Assembly: GCA_964431465.1 (NCBI GenBank)
Contig: CAYSKE010000001.1
Location: 1-34,579 of the forward strand
Length of the DNA stretch: 34,579 nt
DNA from: an uncultured Muribaculaceae bacterium
GTDB taxonomy: Bacteria; Bacteroidota; Bacteroidia; Bacteroidales; Muribaculaceae
Direction of reading: 5' to 3'
Shown here: positions 17,016-26,925 of the stretch, piece after piece
How positions within the stretch are numbered: position 1 is the first letter of the stretch
Layout: each line of letters starts with the position of its first letter
Notes under the pieces: model-generated
What the model was told of the DNA's origin: nothing
Seen by the model: the letters and a program-made list of their open reading frames with translations, nothing else
The model's database searches: none
Program-made: the position numbers and the translations under genes

Positions 17016-18344
17016 ATGTTTGAGAATTTAACCGAGAAACTTGAACGGAGTTTCAAAGTCCTGAAAGGACAAGGACGCATCACGGAGATCAACGTGGCCG
17101 AAACGCTGAAAGAGGTGCGTCGCGCCCTTCTCGATGCCGACGTGAACTTCAAGGTCGCCAAAACATTTACCGACACGGTGAAAGAGAAGGCATTGGGTCA
17201 GAATGTGATCAATGCGCTCCAGCCGGGTCAGCTCATGGTGAAGATCGTGAGAGACGAACTTGCCACACTGATGGGTGGCGAGGCATCGGCTCTGAATCTC
17301 GGCGGTAATCCGACGGTGATACTGATGTCGGGACTGCAGGGATCGGGTAAAACGACGTTCTCGGGTAAACTTGCAAAGAAGCTGAAAAGCGAGAAGGGGA
17401 AGCGCCCTCTGCTGGTAGCCTGCGACGTGTACCGTCCGGCCGCTATCGAGCAGTTGAAGGTGCTTGCCGGACAAATCAACGTGCCGGTCTACTCGGAGGA
17501 GGGTAACAAGAATCCTGTGGAGATTGCCAAGAACGGCGTGGCGTATGCCAAGGCAAATCACCTTGATCTCGTAATCATCGACACGGCGGGTCGTCTTGCT
17601 GTGGATGAGGAGATGATGGATGAGATCGAGCGCGTGAAGAATGCCGTGAAGCCGCAGGAGACACTTTTTGTGGTGGACTCGATGACCGGTCAGGATGCTG
17701 TGAACACAGCCCGTGAATTTAACCAGCGTCTTGATTTTGACGGCGTGGTACTCACGAAGCTCGATGGTGACACCCGTGGCGGTGCCGCCCTGTCGATCAG
17801 GACAGTGGTGGACAAGCCGATCAAATATGTGGGAACGGGCGAGAAGCTTGAGGCTCTGGATGTGTTCCATCCCGACCGTATGGCTGACCGTATTCTCGGC
17901 ATGGGTGACATCGTGTCGCTCGTAGAAAAGGCTCAGCAGCAGTTTGACGAGCAACAGGCCCGCGAGATGCAGCGCAAGATCGCCAAGAATCAGTTTAACT
18001 TCAATGATTTCATGGCGCAGATCCAGCAAATCAAGAAGATGGGTAATCTGAAAGATCTTGCGGCAATGATACCCGGTATGGGCAAAATGCTGAAGGATAT
18101 AGACATAGATGACGATGCATTTAAGGGTATCGAGGCTATCATCAACTCAATGACAGCCAAAGAGCGCGAGAATCCGCAGATCATCAATGTGAGCCGCCGT
18201 CAGCGCATCGCCAAAGGATCGGGCACTTCGCTCCCCGAGGTGAACCGTCTGCTCAAGCAGTTTGAGGAGACACGCAAGATGATGAAGGTTGCCGCTACAA
18301 TGAAGAACCCGATGCAGATGATGCGCAACATGCGTCGCAGATAA
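17016..18344 (+). CDS. ffh: Signal recognition particle protein
   Basis: 442 aa. It has [24 protein letters not shown], the [10 protein letters not shown]-loop, [15 protein letters not shown], and a methionine-rich M domain at the C-terminus. Confidence 0.97.
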   Translation: MFENLTEKLERSFKVLKGQGRITEINVAETLKEVRRALLDADVNFKVAKTFTDTVKEKALGQNVINALQPGQLMVKIVRDELATLMGGEASALNLGGNPTVILMSGLQGSGKTTFSGKLAKKLKSEKGKRPLLVACDVYRPAAIEQLKVLAGQINVPVYSEEGNKNPVEIAKNGVAYAKANHLDLVIIDTAGRLAVDEEMMDEIERVKNAVKPQETLFVVDSMTGQDAVNTAREFNQRLDFDGVVLTKLDGDTRGGAALSIRTVVDKPIKYVGTGEKLEALDVFHPDRMADRILGMGDIVSLVEKAQQQFDEQQAREMQRKIAKNQFNFNDFMAQIQQIKKMGNLKDLAAMIPGMGKMLKDIDIDDDAFKGIEAIINSMTAKERENPQIINVSRRQRIAKGSGTSLPEVNRLLKQFEETRKMMKVAATMKNPMQMMRNMRRR

Positions 18345-18375
18345 GAAACGTAAAAAAAAATCAGACATATACACT

Positions 18376-19257
18376 ATGCCAACTATAATCGACGGAAAAA
18401 AGACTTCGGCAGAAATCAAGCAAGAGATTGCACGTGAGGTCGCAGAAATAATAGAAAAGGGTGGGAAGCGTCCGCATCTTGCGGCTATACTTGTAGGGCA
18501 TGACGGCGGCAGCGAGACATACGTGGCTGCAAAGATCAAAGCGTGCGAGGAGTGTGGCTTCAAGTCGTCGCTGATCAGATATGAGGCTGATGTGACCGAG
18601 GAGAAACTTCTCGAGGAGGTTGCGAAGCTGAATGGTGACGATGATGTGGACGGTTTCATCGTGCAACTTCCGCTTCCGCGCCACATCGATGCCGACAAGG
18701 TTATACTGGCTATTGATCCGGCAAAGGACGTAGACGGTTTCCATCCGATCAACGTCGGCCGCCTGATGATTGGTCTGCCGGGTCTGCGTCCGGCTACTCC
18801 AGCCGGTATCATGGAGCTGCTGCGCCGCTACAATGTGCCTGTGAAGGGTGGACGCGCAGTGGTGCTGGGACGCAGCAATATCGTGGGCAAGCCGATGGCG
18901 ATGATGCTGATGCAGAAAGGTGATTATGCCGATGCAACAGTGACGGTGTGCCACAGCGGTACAAAGAATATCAAGGAGATATGCCGCGAGGCTGATCTCA
19001 TCGTTGCCGCTCTCGGTGTTCCGGGATTCCTCACCGCCGACATGGTGAAAGATGGCGTGGCAGTGATCGACGTGGGCACGACCCGTGTTCCTGACGCAAC
19101 GCGCAAAAGCGGGTTCCGTCTGCGCGGCGATGTGGACTATGAAAACGTAGCTCCGAAGTGCAGCTTCATCACTCCTGTTCCGGGCGGAGTAGGGCCGATG
19201 ACGATTGTGTCGCTCATGCAGAACACGCTGAAAGCAGCTAAGAATCGCGTGAAGTAA
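18376..19257 (+). CDS. folD: Bifunctional methylenetetrahydrofolate dehydrogenase / methenyltetrahydrofolate cyclohydrolase
   Basis: 293 aa. [16 protein letters not shown]...[27 protein letters not shown]...[12 protein letters not shown]...PGGVGPMT are FolD motifs. Confidence 0.97.
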   Translation: MPTIIDGKKTSAEIKQEIAREVAEIIEKGGKRPHLAAILVGHDGGSETYVAAKIKACEECGFKSSLIRYEADVTEEKLLEEVAKLNGDDDVDGFIVQLPLPRHIDADKVILAIDPAKDVDGFHPINVGRLMIGLPGLRPATPAGIMELLRRYNVPVKGGRAVVLGRSNIVGKPMAMMLMQKGDYADATVTVCHSGTKNIKEICREADLIVAALGVPGFLTADMVKDGVAVIDVGTTRVPDATRKSGFRLRGDVDYENVAPKCSFITPVPGGVGPMTIVSLMQNTLKAAKNRVK

Positions 19258-19835
19258 TGCTTCAGTTTTTGATTTCGGATAAGGATCTGCGCCACACACC
19301 AGTGGCGCAGACCGAAATTGCTCTTGCGGGCGGTTGCCGCTGGATTCACATACCTGCCGGACTCAAGCGCGATGAGCTTGAGGCAATAGAAGGCATGTGC
19401 CGTGAAGCAGGTGCGTTTCTGACGGTGGATGATGACGAGGCACTGACCAACGACCGCCGTTTTCATGGCGTTCTGATCAATGCCGGACATGCAAAGCCAG
19501 CCGTAGAAGTAAGAAATCTTCTTGGCCCTCATGCTGTGGTGGGAGTTGAGATAGATGATGCCGGAGTGCTCCCGTCGCTGATGAAGGGCGACATAGATTA
19601 TGCCGTGTTTGACACCGACCGTCACGGATTAGAGAGGGCAAAGGCTTTTGCGGCGGAGAGTGGAAAAAGGCATGTGCCGCTTGTGGCTCGCGGACTCAAA
19701 CTGACGCGTGACGACATAATGAGCCTGATGGAAGCCGGATTCAACGGTGTGCTAACGACCGGTTGCGCTCTTGAGTCGGCTCTGCCGACGGAATCGGTTA
19801 AGTCGCTGACCGATGAGCTCCACGCCCGATTCTGA
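19257..19835 (+). CDS. Thiamine-phosphate synthase (ThiE/TenI) family protein, divergent
   Basis: 192 aa. [11 protein letters not shown]...IALAGGCRWIHI...FLTVDDDEAL...HGVLIN...GFNGVLTTG resembles the TIM-barrel ThiE-like proteins of Bacteroidota (MLQFIT...GGCxWIQLR...). Several substrate-binding motifs appear altered (see findings). Its ATG shares 1 nt with the folD TAA stop (TAATG at 19255..19259). Confidence 0.55.
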   Translation: MLQFLISDKDLRHTPVAQTEIALAGGCRWIHIPAGLKRDELEAIEGMCREAGAFLTVDDDEALTNDRRFHGVLINAGHAKPAVEVRNLLGPHAVVGVEIDDAGVLPSLMKGDIDYAVFDTDRHGLERAKAFAAESGKRHVPLVARGLKLTRDDIMSLMEAGFNGVLTTGCALESALPTESVKSLTDELHARF

Positions 19836-20856
19836 AGCTCTGAGCGGGGGGAGCAAAGCCCTGCTTCTGAAAATTGCGATCCCGGTCGTGATCGGGCTTG
19901 CAGTGGTGGTGTGGCTTTTCAGTAGAGAATTTAATGTTGAGGCATTAAAGGAGATAAAGATAACTACCTTGACGGTAGTGGCTATCGTGGCTGCTCTCGG
20001 AGCGGTGTGGATGCGTGATTTCGGCATGGCATGGCGTTTCAGATGCCTCACCGACCGGGAGCTGAAATGGGGGGCAACATGGCGCACGACTTTTTTATGT
20101 GAGTTCACTTCGGCGATCACCCCTTCGTCGGTGGGAGGAAGCGCGCTGAGCATGATTTTTCTAAAGCGCGAGGGGGTGAACATAGGGCGCGCCACAACGC
20201 TCACGATGACAATACTTTTCCTCGACGAGCTGTTTTTTGTAATTTTTTGCCCTATCGTGGCATTGTCGATACCTCACCAGTCGCTTTTTGATATCGGCTC
20301 AAGCAAGATAAACGGCGGCATGGAGGTGGCTTTCTGGATCGTCTACGGAGTAATTGCGGCTCTGACAATAGGTCTGTTTTTAGGTATATTTGTGATACCG
20401 AAAGCTGTGAGAAAGGTGCTTGACCGGTTGTTTTCGTATCGCCTGCTGCGCAAGTGGCATGATGATGCGGTGAACATAGGGGACAACATGATAGCTACTT
20501 CGCGGGCAATAAAAAAATACAGGTTGAAATGGTGGCTTGAGGCGTTTGCTGCAACATGCACGAGCTGGACAGGACGTTATCTTGTGGTTAATGCACTTTT
20601 CTGGGGCTTTGTGCCGGGTGCTGACCAGATGGTTGTGTTCGGGCGGCAGTTTGTGGTGTGGGCATTGCTGATGTTTACTCCCACTCCCGGCGGCAGCGGT
20701 GTGAGCGAATGGCTGTTTAAGGAGTATTACGGGGATCTTATAAGTCTCGGAGGTGTGGTGATGGTTGTGGCTGTGCTATGGCGCGTGCTCACCTACTACA
20801 TCTATCTATTTATAGGCTTCCTGCTGTTACCTACATTATTCAAAAAGAAAAAATGA
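19813..20856 (+). CDS. Flippase-like integral membrane protein (lysylphosphatidylglycerol-synthase TM-region / UPF0104 family)
   Basis: 347 aa with roughly 8 hydrophobic helices. The TPTPGGSGVSEW motif near the C-terminus is characteristic of the family. No synthase domain is attached. It overlaps the upstream ORF by 23 nt and overlaps ispE by an ATGA. Confidence 0.72.
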   Translation: MSSTPDSEALSGGSKALLLKIAIPVVIGLAVVVWLFSREFNVEALKEIKITTLTVVAIVAALGAVWMRDFGMAWRFRCLTDRELKWGATWRTTFLCEFTSAITPSSVGGSALSMIFLKREGVNIGRATTLTMTILFLDELFFVIFCPIVALSIPHQSLFDIGSSKINGGMEVAFWIVYGVIAALTIGLFLGIFVIPKAVRKVLDRLFSYRLLRKWHDDAVNIGDNMIATSRAIKKYRLKWWLEAFAATCTSWTGRYLVVNALFWGFVPGADQMVVFGRQFVVWALLMFTPTPGGSGVSEWLFKEYYGDLISLGGVVMVVAVLWRVLTYYIYLFIGFLLLPTLFKKKK

Positions 20857-21686
20857 TACTTTTTCCTAATGCAAAAATCAATATAGGACTGGATATCCTG
20901 CGCCGTCGTGATGACGGGTACCATGACATAAGCACGGTGATGTATCCTATCGGATGGTGCGATGTGCTTGAGCTGGTGCCGGCAGAAGGGGAGGAGACGA
21001 CTCTGACTGTCACAGGTAACGGCGTGGACTGCCCGACCGAAAAGAATCTGGTGATGAAAGCTGCGCGGCTAATGAGCAGCGTGGCTGATATACCGCCGAC
21101 TGATATCTATCTTCACAAGATAATCCCTGACGGGGCGGGAATGGGTGGAGGAAGTTCGGATGCAGCATTCACGTTGCGCGGGCTGAATGAGCTTTATGGA
21201 CTGGGCTATGGAAAGGAGGAGCTTGCTGCGATGGCAGCAAAACTTGGTGCCGACTGCCCGTTTTTCATCTACAACGAGCCGATGCTTGCCGAAGGGGTGG
21301 GCGAGAAGCTGAGCAAAGCGGCTTTAGATCTGAGGGGTTGCGGCATAATGGTTGTGAAACCTGATTTCTCAATATCTACCGCCGAGGCCTATGGAGGGGT
21401 AAAGCCTGAAGTGCCTGAAGTGCATCTGACGGAAAGGCTGGGTGAGGAGAGGAGCAAATGGAAAGATGGCGTGAGGAATGCTTTTGTGGGGCATCTCGCG
21501 CAGAAATATGTGGAGATCAATGAAATTACGGGATGGCTCTATGAAAAAGGGGCTGTCTATGCTTCGATGACCGGAAGCGGATCGGCCGTGTATGGTATAT
21601 TTGAGAATACTGACATGGCTGACATGGCAAAAGCGGAGTATGAGAAAATCCACGGTAACCAGCGCGTTTACTCCGGTGCTCTTTAG
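20853..21686 (+). CDS. ispE: 4-(cytidine 5'-diphospho)-2-C-methyl-D-erythritol kinase
   Basis: MILFPNAKINIGLDILRRRDDGYHDISTVMYPI...IPDGAGMGGGSSDAA is the GHMP kinase motif. Start is at ATG 20853, forming an ATGA overlap with the upstream stop. The track start at 20778 lies inside the upstream gene. Confidence 0.92.
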   Translation: MILFPNAKINIGLDILRRRDDGYHDISTVMYPIGWCDVLELVPAEGEETTLTVTGNGVDCPTEKNLVMKAARLMSSVADIPPTDIYLHKIIPDGAGMGGGSSDAAFTLRGLNELYGLGYGKEELAAMAAKLGADCPFFIYNEPMLAEGVGEKLSKAALDLRGCGIMVVKPDFSISTAEAYGGVKPEVPEVHLTERLGEERSKWKDGVRNAFVGHLAQKYVEINEITGWLYEKGAVYASMTGSGSAVYGIFENTDMADMAKAEYEKIHGNQRVYSGAL

Positions 21687-21899
21687 ACATCCGGTATATA
21701 AATGAGTCTTATTGATTGAACGTTGTAGGGTTGTTTCTTGTTGTATTTGTGAAAAAGATGTGTCGGCAAGGGCACATTGGCAATGTTTTTGCTATGAAAA
21801 ATAAGTAGGTGACGGGGATTTTCCTCAGGGCATCTGCTCATGAGTCAGGCAACGGACATGTGACCAGAATCATAAATTGAAAATAAAAAACATAAGAAT

Positions 21900-22526
21900 A
21901 TGGGACACAATAAGGACAACCGATTCAACGGAAACGAGAAAGAACGTGAAGATTATATAAATGAGGTAGTGCCTGATGATGTGGCTATAGGTGATGTTGC
22001 CGAGCAGCCTGAACAGGCAGAGGAGATCGAGGTTCCGGTAGATGACGAGAACGGCGATGAAATCGAGGCTCTGAAGAATCTGCTGCAGCAGAAAGATGAG
22101 CAGATCGAGAAGGAGAAGAAAGAATATCTTTTCCTTATGGCTGATTTTGACAACTTCAGAAAACGCACGCTGAAAGAGAAATCGGAAATCCTGAAAAACG
22201 GCGCAGAAAGCGCAATGAAAGGATTGCTCCCTATCGTGGACGATTTTGAGCGTGGGCTTGATGCAATAAAGGATTCAAGCGACGCTGAATCGGTGAAAGA
22301 AGGCATGATGCTTATCTACAATAAATTTGTGAAGTATCTTGAGCAAAACGGCGTGAAGGTGATGGAAACCTCGGGGGCCGATTTTGACCCTGACAATCAT
22401 GAGGCCGTGGCCATGATTCCGGCCGACAGCGAGGAGAAGCGTAACAAGGTGGTCGACACAGTGACCAAGGGATACACCATGAACGGAAAGGTGATACGTC
22501 ATGCAAAAGTGGTCGTAGCCCAGTAA
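21900..22526 (+). CDS. grpE: Nucleotide exchange factor GrpE
   Basis: 208 aa. It has an acidic N-terminus, then YLFLMADFDNFRKRTLKEK...LLPIVDDFERGL...FDPDNHEAV...GYTMNGKVIRHAKVVV. Confidence 0.93.
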   Translation: MGHNKDNRFNGNEKEREDYINEVVPDDVAIGDVAEQPEQAEEIEVPVDDENGDEIEALKNLLQQKDEQIEKEKKEYLFLMADFDNFRKRTLKEKSEILKNGAESAMKGLLPIVDDFERGLDAIKDSSDAESVKEGMMLIYNKFVKYLEQNGVKVMETSGADFDPDNHEAVAMIPADSEEKRNKVVDTVTKGYTMNGKVIRHAKVVVAQ

Positions 22527-22559
22527 TAGAAAAGTGTCGTACAACTGAAATAAGGAAAG

Positions 22560-23747
22560 ATGGCTAACAAGAGAGATTACTATGAGGTGCTCGGCGTGGG
22601 GAAGGAAGCGAGTGCCGATGAAATAAAGAAAGCATACCGAAAACTTGCGCTGAAGTATCATCCTGACCGCAATCCGGGTGACAAGGAGGCTGAGGAGAAG
22701 TTTAAGGAAGCTGCCGAAGCCTACGACGTGCTCAGCAATGAGGACAAGCGTAAGAAATATGACCAGTTTGGTCACTCTATGGGTCCGCAGGGCTTCGGCG
22801 GTGGTGACGGCGGTGCCTACTACAGCACCGGCGGCTTCTCGATGGAGGATATTTTCTCGCAGTTCGGCGACATATTCGGTGGTCACTTCGGTGGCCAGTG
22901 GGGTGGTGCCGCAGGTGGCCGCACCTCGCGTAAGCCGCGTCAGCGCAAGGGTGGCGACATACGCATCAGGGTGAAACTCACGCTTGAGGAGATCGCCAAG
23001 GGTGTGACAAAGACGCTGAAAATCCCCACACTTGTCAAGTGTGACTACTGTAACGGAACCGGTGCCAAGGATGGAACAGCGTTCAAGACCTGTCCGACCT
23101 GTCACGGTCAGGGGCGCGTGCTGACCACACAGCAGACCATGTTCGGTGCAATGCAGAGCGAGACAGTCTGCCCCGAGTGTGACGGCGAAGGACGCATAAT
23201 CACAGCTACTTGCTCCCACTGTCATGGCGAAGGAGTGACGCGCAAGGAGAATGTGGTGAGCTTCAATATTCCTGCCGGTGTGCAGGACGGCCAGACGCTG
23301 TCGCTTCCCGGAAAGGGAAATGCAGCCCGTCATGCCGGAGTTCCCGGCGACTTGCTTGTGGTGATCGAGGAGCAGAAGCATCCTGAGCTTATCAGAGATG
23401 GCAACGACTTGATATATAACCTTATGCTTGATATCCCCACAGCCGCTCTCGGCGGATCGGTTGAGGTGCCGACAATCTCGGGACGCGCACGCCTGAAGAT
23501 CGCTCCCGGAACACAGCCTGGCAAAGTGCTGCGTATGAGAGGTAAGGGACTGCCGTCGACCGAAGGCTACGGCACAGGCGACGAGCTGGTGAACGTCATG
23601 GTGTATGTGCCGGAAGCACTTACCGACAAGGAAAAGAGCGCATTCGAGTCACTGCAGAACGAGCCTAACATCAAGCCGACGGAGGCAACCAAGACAAGAC
23701 TGTTCAGCAAGTTGCGCCACATATTTGAAAAGAAAGACGAGGCATAA
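22560..23747 (+). CDS. dnaJ: Molecular chaperone DnaJ
   Basis: 395 aa. It has the J domain ([10 protein letters not shown]...[16 protein letters not shown]), a G/F-rich region, and four CxxCxGxG zinc-finger repeats ([32 protein letters not shown]). Confidence 0.97.
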   Translation: MANKRDYYEVLGVGKEASADEIKKAYRKLALKYHPDRNPGDKEAEEKFKEAAEAYDVLSNEDKRKKYDQFGHSMGPQGFGGGDGGAYYSTGGFSMEDIFSQFGDIFGGHFGGQWGGAAGGRTSRKPRQRKGGDIRIRVKLTLEEIAKGVTKTLKIPTLVKCDYCNGTGAKDGTAFKTCPTCHGQGRVLTTQQTMFGAMQSETVCPECDGEGRIITATCSHCHGEGVTRKENVVSFNIPAGVQDGQTLSLPGKGNAARHAGVPGDLLVVIEEQKHPELIRDGNDLIYNLMLDIPTAALGGSVEVPTISGRARLKIAPGTQPGKVLRMRGKGLPSTEGYGTGDELVNVMVYVPEALTDKEKSAFESLQNEPNIKPTEATKTRLFSKLRHIFEKKDEA

Positions 23748-23754
23748 CGCCTTT

Positions 23755-24099
23755 TCAGCTTTCGGCCGGATTGAGGGAGAAAATCTTAGTCATTCTCTGC
23801 CACTTTCCGGCCGAAGTGGATCCGGGAAGGCAGTCCTGATATTTACCGACATAGTCTTCCCACTCGGCCTGACGTGGTAGTGACGCGAGGCGTGTCATCA
23901 CCTCGTCGAAATCAAGGTCGTCGGGTAGCTCGAGGAGCATAACCATGCGTATGCCGAGGATGTATATGTCCATCCGTGAGATACCGACCTGCCGTATGCC
24001 CTGAAGAATCTCAGGCCACACCCTTGAATGCAGATCAATGTACTCACTGATCCGGTCGGGGTCGTCGATAAGGTCGAGAGTCTGAATAAAACGCTGCAT
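23755..24099 (-). CDS. rhaM: L-rhamnose mutarotase family protein
   Basis: 114 aa. MQRFIQTLDLIDDPDRISEYIDLHSRVWPEILQGIRQVGISRMDIY...W matches the small RhaM/DUF718 ferredoxin-like family. It is convergent with dnaJ. Confidence 0.78.
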   Translation of the reverse strand: MQRFIQTLDLIDDPDRISEYIDLHSRVWPEILQGIRQVGISRMDIYILGIRMVMLLELPDDLDFDEVMTRLASLPRQAEWEDYVGKYQDCLPGSTSAGKWQRMTKIFSLNPAES

Positions 24100-24154
24100 A
24101 AAATAAAAGTTGTTTAAGTGAGTTCTCCCGAGGGCAAATATATAAATAAATAGT

Positions 24155-24162
24155 TAACTTTG
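24155..24162 (+). promoter_or_regulatory. -7 box (TAACTTTG) upstream of rsfS-ftsH
   Basis: TAACTTTG at 24155..24162 matches TAnnTTTG and lies about 50 nt upstream of the rsfS ATG. No clear -33 element is present. Confidence 0.4.
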
Positions 24163-24212
24163 TAGGACAAAGGCGCGACAACTTCATTTATGCGCCGGGA
24201 CAAGAGAAAAGT

Positions 24213-24572
24213 ATGACAGAAAAAAAAGAGCTTGATCAGCTGATCGTAGAGGGTATACAGGAACGTAAAGGCAAAGGTATCACGATCGTTGATCTCTCGG
24301 AAGTAGATGGAGCCGGCGTCGACCGGTTTATAATATGCGAAGGGACGTCGTCGATGCACGTGTCGTCGGTTGCCGACAGCATACGCGAGTATGTTCAGGA
24401 GGAGGGTGGCATCAAGCCTTACAATTACGACGGTTACCGCAACTCGCAGTGGATCGTGATAGATTACGGCAGCGTGCTTGTGCACGTTTTTCTGCCTGAG
24501 ACACGACAGCTCTACAACCTTGAGGAGCTTTGGAGCGACGGCAAGATAACCGAAATTGCCGATCTCGACTGA
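24213..24572 (+). CDS. rsfS: Ribosome silencing factor
   Basis: 119 aa. KKGKGITIVDLSEVDGAGVDRFIICEGTSSMHVSSVADSI...WIVIDYGSVLVHVFLPETRQLYNLEELW is the RsfS/YbeB signature. Confidence 0.9.
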   Translation: MTEKKELDQLIVEGIQERKGKGITIVDLSEVDGAGVDRFIICEGTSSMHVSSVADSIREYVQEEGGIKPYNYDGYRNSQWIVIDYGSVLVHVFLPETRQLYNLEELWSDGKITEIADLD

Positions 24573-24638
24573 GCGACTCCCGGGCAAGTGGAAAAGTAAG
24601 TATAGTAAAAAGAAAATAGCAGCTCTCACAACAGACAG

Positions 24639-26759
24639 ATGATACCAAACACTCCCAAAAAGAAGCGGACCATCAAATTCAGCATGTACTGGATGTATGC
24701 TGTGATTCTGGTGTGTCTGGCCGGACTGTTTTATCTTGACGATAATTCAGTGACAAAGGAAGTGAGTTATTCCGATTTCGAGAAGTATGTCGAATCGGGC
24801 GGCGTGAACAAGATTGTGGTTTTTTCAAAGAAATCGCAGGCCGAGGGGTTTCTGACCGACTCGCTATCACGCAAACTTTTTCATGAAACCCAGCTTCATG
24901 TCGACGGCAAGGGGATGGCGTCGGCAAGAGTCATAACGGATATTCCTTCGGCCGACAAGCTTCAGGACAAGATTGACCAGTGGAAGGCTCAGGGGGTATT
25001 TGAGGGTGAGGTGTCGTATGAGCGCGAAAGTGATTTCTTCTCGATACTCTGGACATTCGGTCCCGTACTTCTGCTGATCGGCTTCTGGATTTTCTTCATG
25101 CGCAGGATGTCGGGTCGCGACGGCGGGGGAGGCCCCGGCGGAGTGTTCAGCGTGGGTAAGTCGAAAGCTCAGATTTTCGACAAGGACGGTCCGATAAAGG
25201 TGACATTCAAGGATGTCGCAGGCCTGTCGGAGGCTAAGACTGAAATCGCCGAGATCGTGGAGTTCCTTAAAAATCCGCAACGTTATACTGATCTTGGTGG
25301 TAAGATACCTAAGGGCGCGCTGCTTGTAGGCCCTCCGGGAACAGGTAAGACTCTTCTTGCGAAGGCTGTGGCCGGTGAGGCCAACGTGCCTTTCTTCTCG
25401 ATGTCGGGTAGTGATTTTGTGGAGATGTTTGTGGGTGTGGGTGCTTCCCGCGTCAGAGACCTTTTCCGTCAGGCCAAAGAGAAAGCCCCGTGTATTGTGT
25501 TTATCGACGAGATCGACGCTGTGGGACGCGCCCGCGGCAAGAACCCCAACATGGGTGCAAACGATGAGCGCGAGAATACCCTCAACCAGCTTCTCACCGA
25601 GATGGATGGTTTCGGCACAAACAGCGGTGTGATTATCCTTGCCGCTACCAACCGCGCCGATATTCTTGACAAGGCACTGTTGCGCGCCGGACGTTTCGAC
25701 CGCCAGATTTATGTGGAGCTTCCCGACCTGAATGACCGTGTGGCGGTGTTTAATGTGCATCTGCGCGGTATAAAGACGGACTCGAGCGTGGATGTGGATC
25801 TTCTCGCACGTCAGACCCCCGGTTTCTCGGGTGCCGACATCGCCAACGTGTGCAACGAGGCTGCGCTTATCGCTGCGCGCCACAATAAAAAGGCTGTTGA
25901 CCGTCAGGACTTCATAGATGCCGTTGACCGCATAATCGGTGGTCTTGAGAAACGCACTAAGATCACTACCGATGAGGAGAAACGCTCAATCGCCGTGCAT
26001 GAGGCGGGACACGCCACCGTGTCGTGGCATCTGCAATATGCCAGCCCGCTGATCAAGGTGACTATCGTTCCGCGCGGAAAGGCTCTCGGTGCGGCGTGGT
26101 ATCTGCCGGAGGAGCGCCAGATCACTCCCACTCAAGCGTTGCTCGATGAAATATGTGCCACTTTGGGCGGTCGTGCTGCCGAGGAGCTATTTTTGGGGCG
26201 CATCTCAACCGGTGCGGCCAACGATCTGGAGCGTGTGACGAAGCAGGCTTACGCTATGGTGGTCTACTATGGTATGAGCCCCAATATGCCTAACCTGTCA
26301 TATTATGATTCGACCGGTCAGGACTACGGATTCTCCAAGCCTTACAGCAACGAGCGCGCCAAGCTCATAGATGAAGAGGTCTCGCGCATCATCGCCGAGC
26401 AGTATGAAAGGGCAAAGGCTATATTGACTGAGTATGCCAAGGGGCATAACGAGCTTGCCGAAGTCCTCATCAAGCGTGAGGTGATCTTCACCGAGGATGT
26501 TGAGCTTATATTCGGAAAACGTCAGTGGGCTTCGCGCTCCGACGAGATTCTTGCAGCCAAAAACTTCACCACGTCGTCGATGAAGAGTCTGCCGCAGGGT
26601 GAAGTCAGTGATAAGAAAGAGGATTCACCGGAACTTCCTCCGCTGCCCCCTGAAGCAGCCCCCGTGCCCGGCGAGGAGGAAGTGAAAGATGGGAGCGAGC
26701 CGACAGCCGAGGGAGAGAAACCTGAAAAGAAGGAAGAAGATGACAACACCTCCAAGTGA
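24639..26759 (+). CDS. ftsH: ATP-dependent zinc metalloprotease FtsH
   Basis: 706 aa. It has two TM segments, Walker A (GPPGTGKT), Walker B (IVFIDEIDA), the SRH region, and the HEAGHA zinc motif. It also carries an acidic/proline-rich C-terminal tail. Confidence 0.97.
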   Translation: MIPNTPKKKRTIKFSMYWMYAVILVCLAGLFYLDDNSVTKEVSYSDFEKYVESGGVNKIVVFSKKSQAEGFLTDSLSRKLFHETQLHVDGKGMASARVITDIPSADKLQDKIDQWKAQGVFEGEVSYERESDFFSILWTFGPVLLLIGFWIFFMRRMSGRDGGGGPGGVFSVGKSKAQIFDKDGPIKVTFKDVAGLSEAKTEIAEIVEFLKNPQRYTDLGGKIPKGALLVGPPGTGKTLLAKAVAGEANVPFFSMSGSDFVEMFVGVGASRVRDLFRQAKEKAPCIVFIDEIDAVGRARGKNPNMGANDERENTLNQLLTEMDGFGTNSGVIILAATNRADILDKALLRAGRFDRQIYVELPDLNDRVAVFNVHLRGIKTDSSVDVDLLARQTPGFSGADIANVCNEAALIAARHNKKAVDRQDFIDAVDRIIGGLEKRTKITTDEEKRSIAVHEAGHATVSWHLQYASPLIKVTIVPRGKALGAAWYLPEERQITPTQALLDEICATLGGRAAEELFLGRISTGAANDLERVTKQAYAMVVYYGMSPNMPNLSYYDSTGQDYGFSKPYSNERAKLIDEEVSRIIAEQYERAKAILTEYAKGHNELAEVLIKREVIFTEDVELIFGKRQWASRSDEILAAKNFTTSSMKSLPQGEVSDKKEDSPELPPLPPEAAPVPGEEEVKDGSEPTAEGEKPEKKEEDDNTSK

Positions 26760-26919
26760 TCCGATAATGCTTTTCAGCTGGGTCAACACCATGCTGAGAG
26801 ACCGGTATGATGATCTTGACGCCTTGTGTGACGACATGGATATCGACCGGAAAGAGCTTGAAAAGAAACTTGCGTCGGTAGGTTTTCAATATCAGAAAGA
26901 GCTTAATCAGTTCAGATAA
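26740..26919 (+). CDS. DUF4250-family small protein
   Basis: [59 protein letters not shown] (59 aa) matches my memory of DUF4250 (P.DP.ML...VNT.LRD.Y..L..LC......EI..KL...GY.Y....NQF). The ATG at 26740 lies 20 nt inside the ftsH 3' end in another frame. An upstream ATG at 26689 is an alternative start. Confidence 0.7.
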   Translation: MTTPPSDPIMLFSWVNTMLRDRYDDLDALCDDMDIDRKELEKKLASVGFQYQKELNQFR

Positions 26920-26925
26920 ATACTG

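Noticed and set aside
17028-18029. Long antisense ORFs opposite strongly conserved genes. These include 17028..18029 (opposite ffh), 18361..19299 (folD), 22275..23381 (dnaJ/grpE), 24867..25883 (ftsH), 14629..15375 (the OST-HTH gene), 15658..16350 (panC), 13675..14376 (rpsP), 31417..32148 (dipeptidase), 33946..34563 (rbr) and 26605..27192.
   Set aside because: In every case the opposite strand encodes a protein with unmistakable family motifs. The antisense translations are compositionally odd (rich in R, H, L, S and C) and have no recognisable motifs. Such shadow ORFs are expected from codon periodicity at this GC content.
21687-21899. The 213-nt region upstream of grpE, examined for a heat-shock operator (CIRCE), a sigma-54-like GG/GC element or a TAnnTTTG promoter.
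   Set aside because: There is no CIRCE inverted repeat. Only near-misses to TAnnTTTG occur (TGTATTTG, TAAATTGA). The GGCAC...TTGGCA string does not fit -24/-12 spacing. The short palindrome CTCATGAG is too small to interpret.
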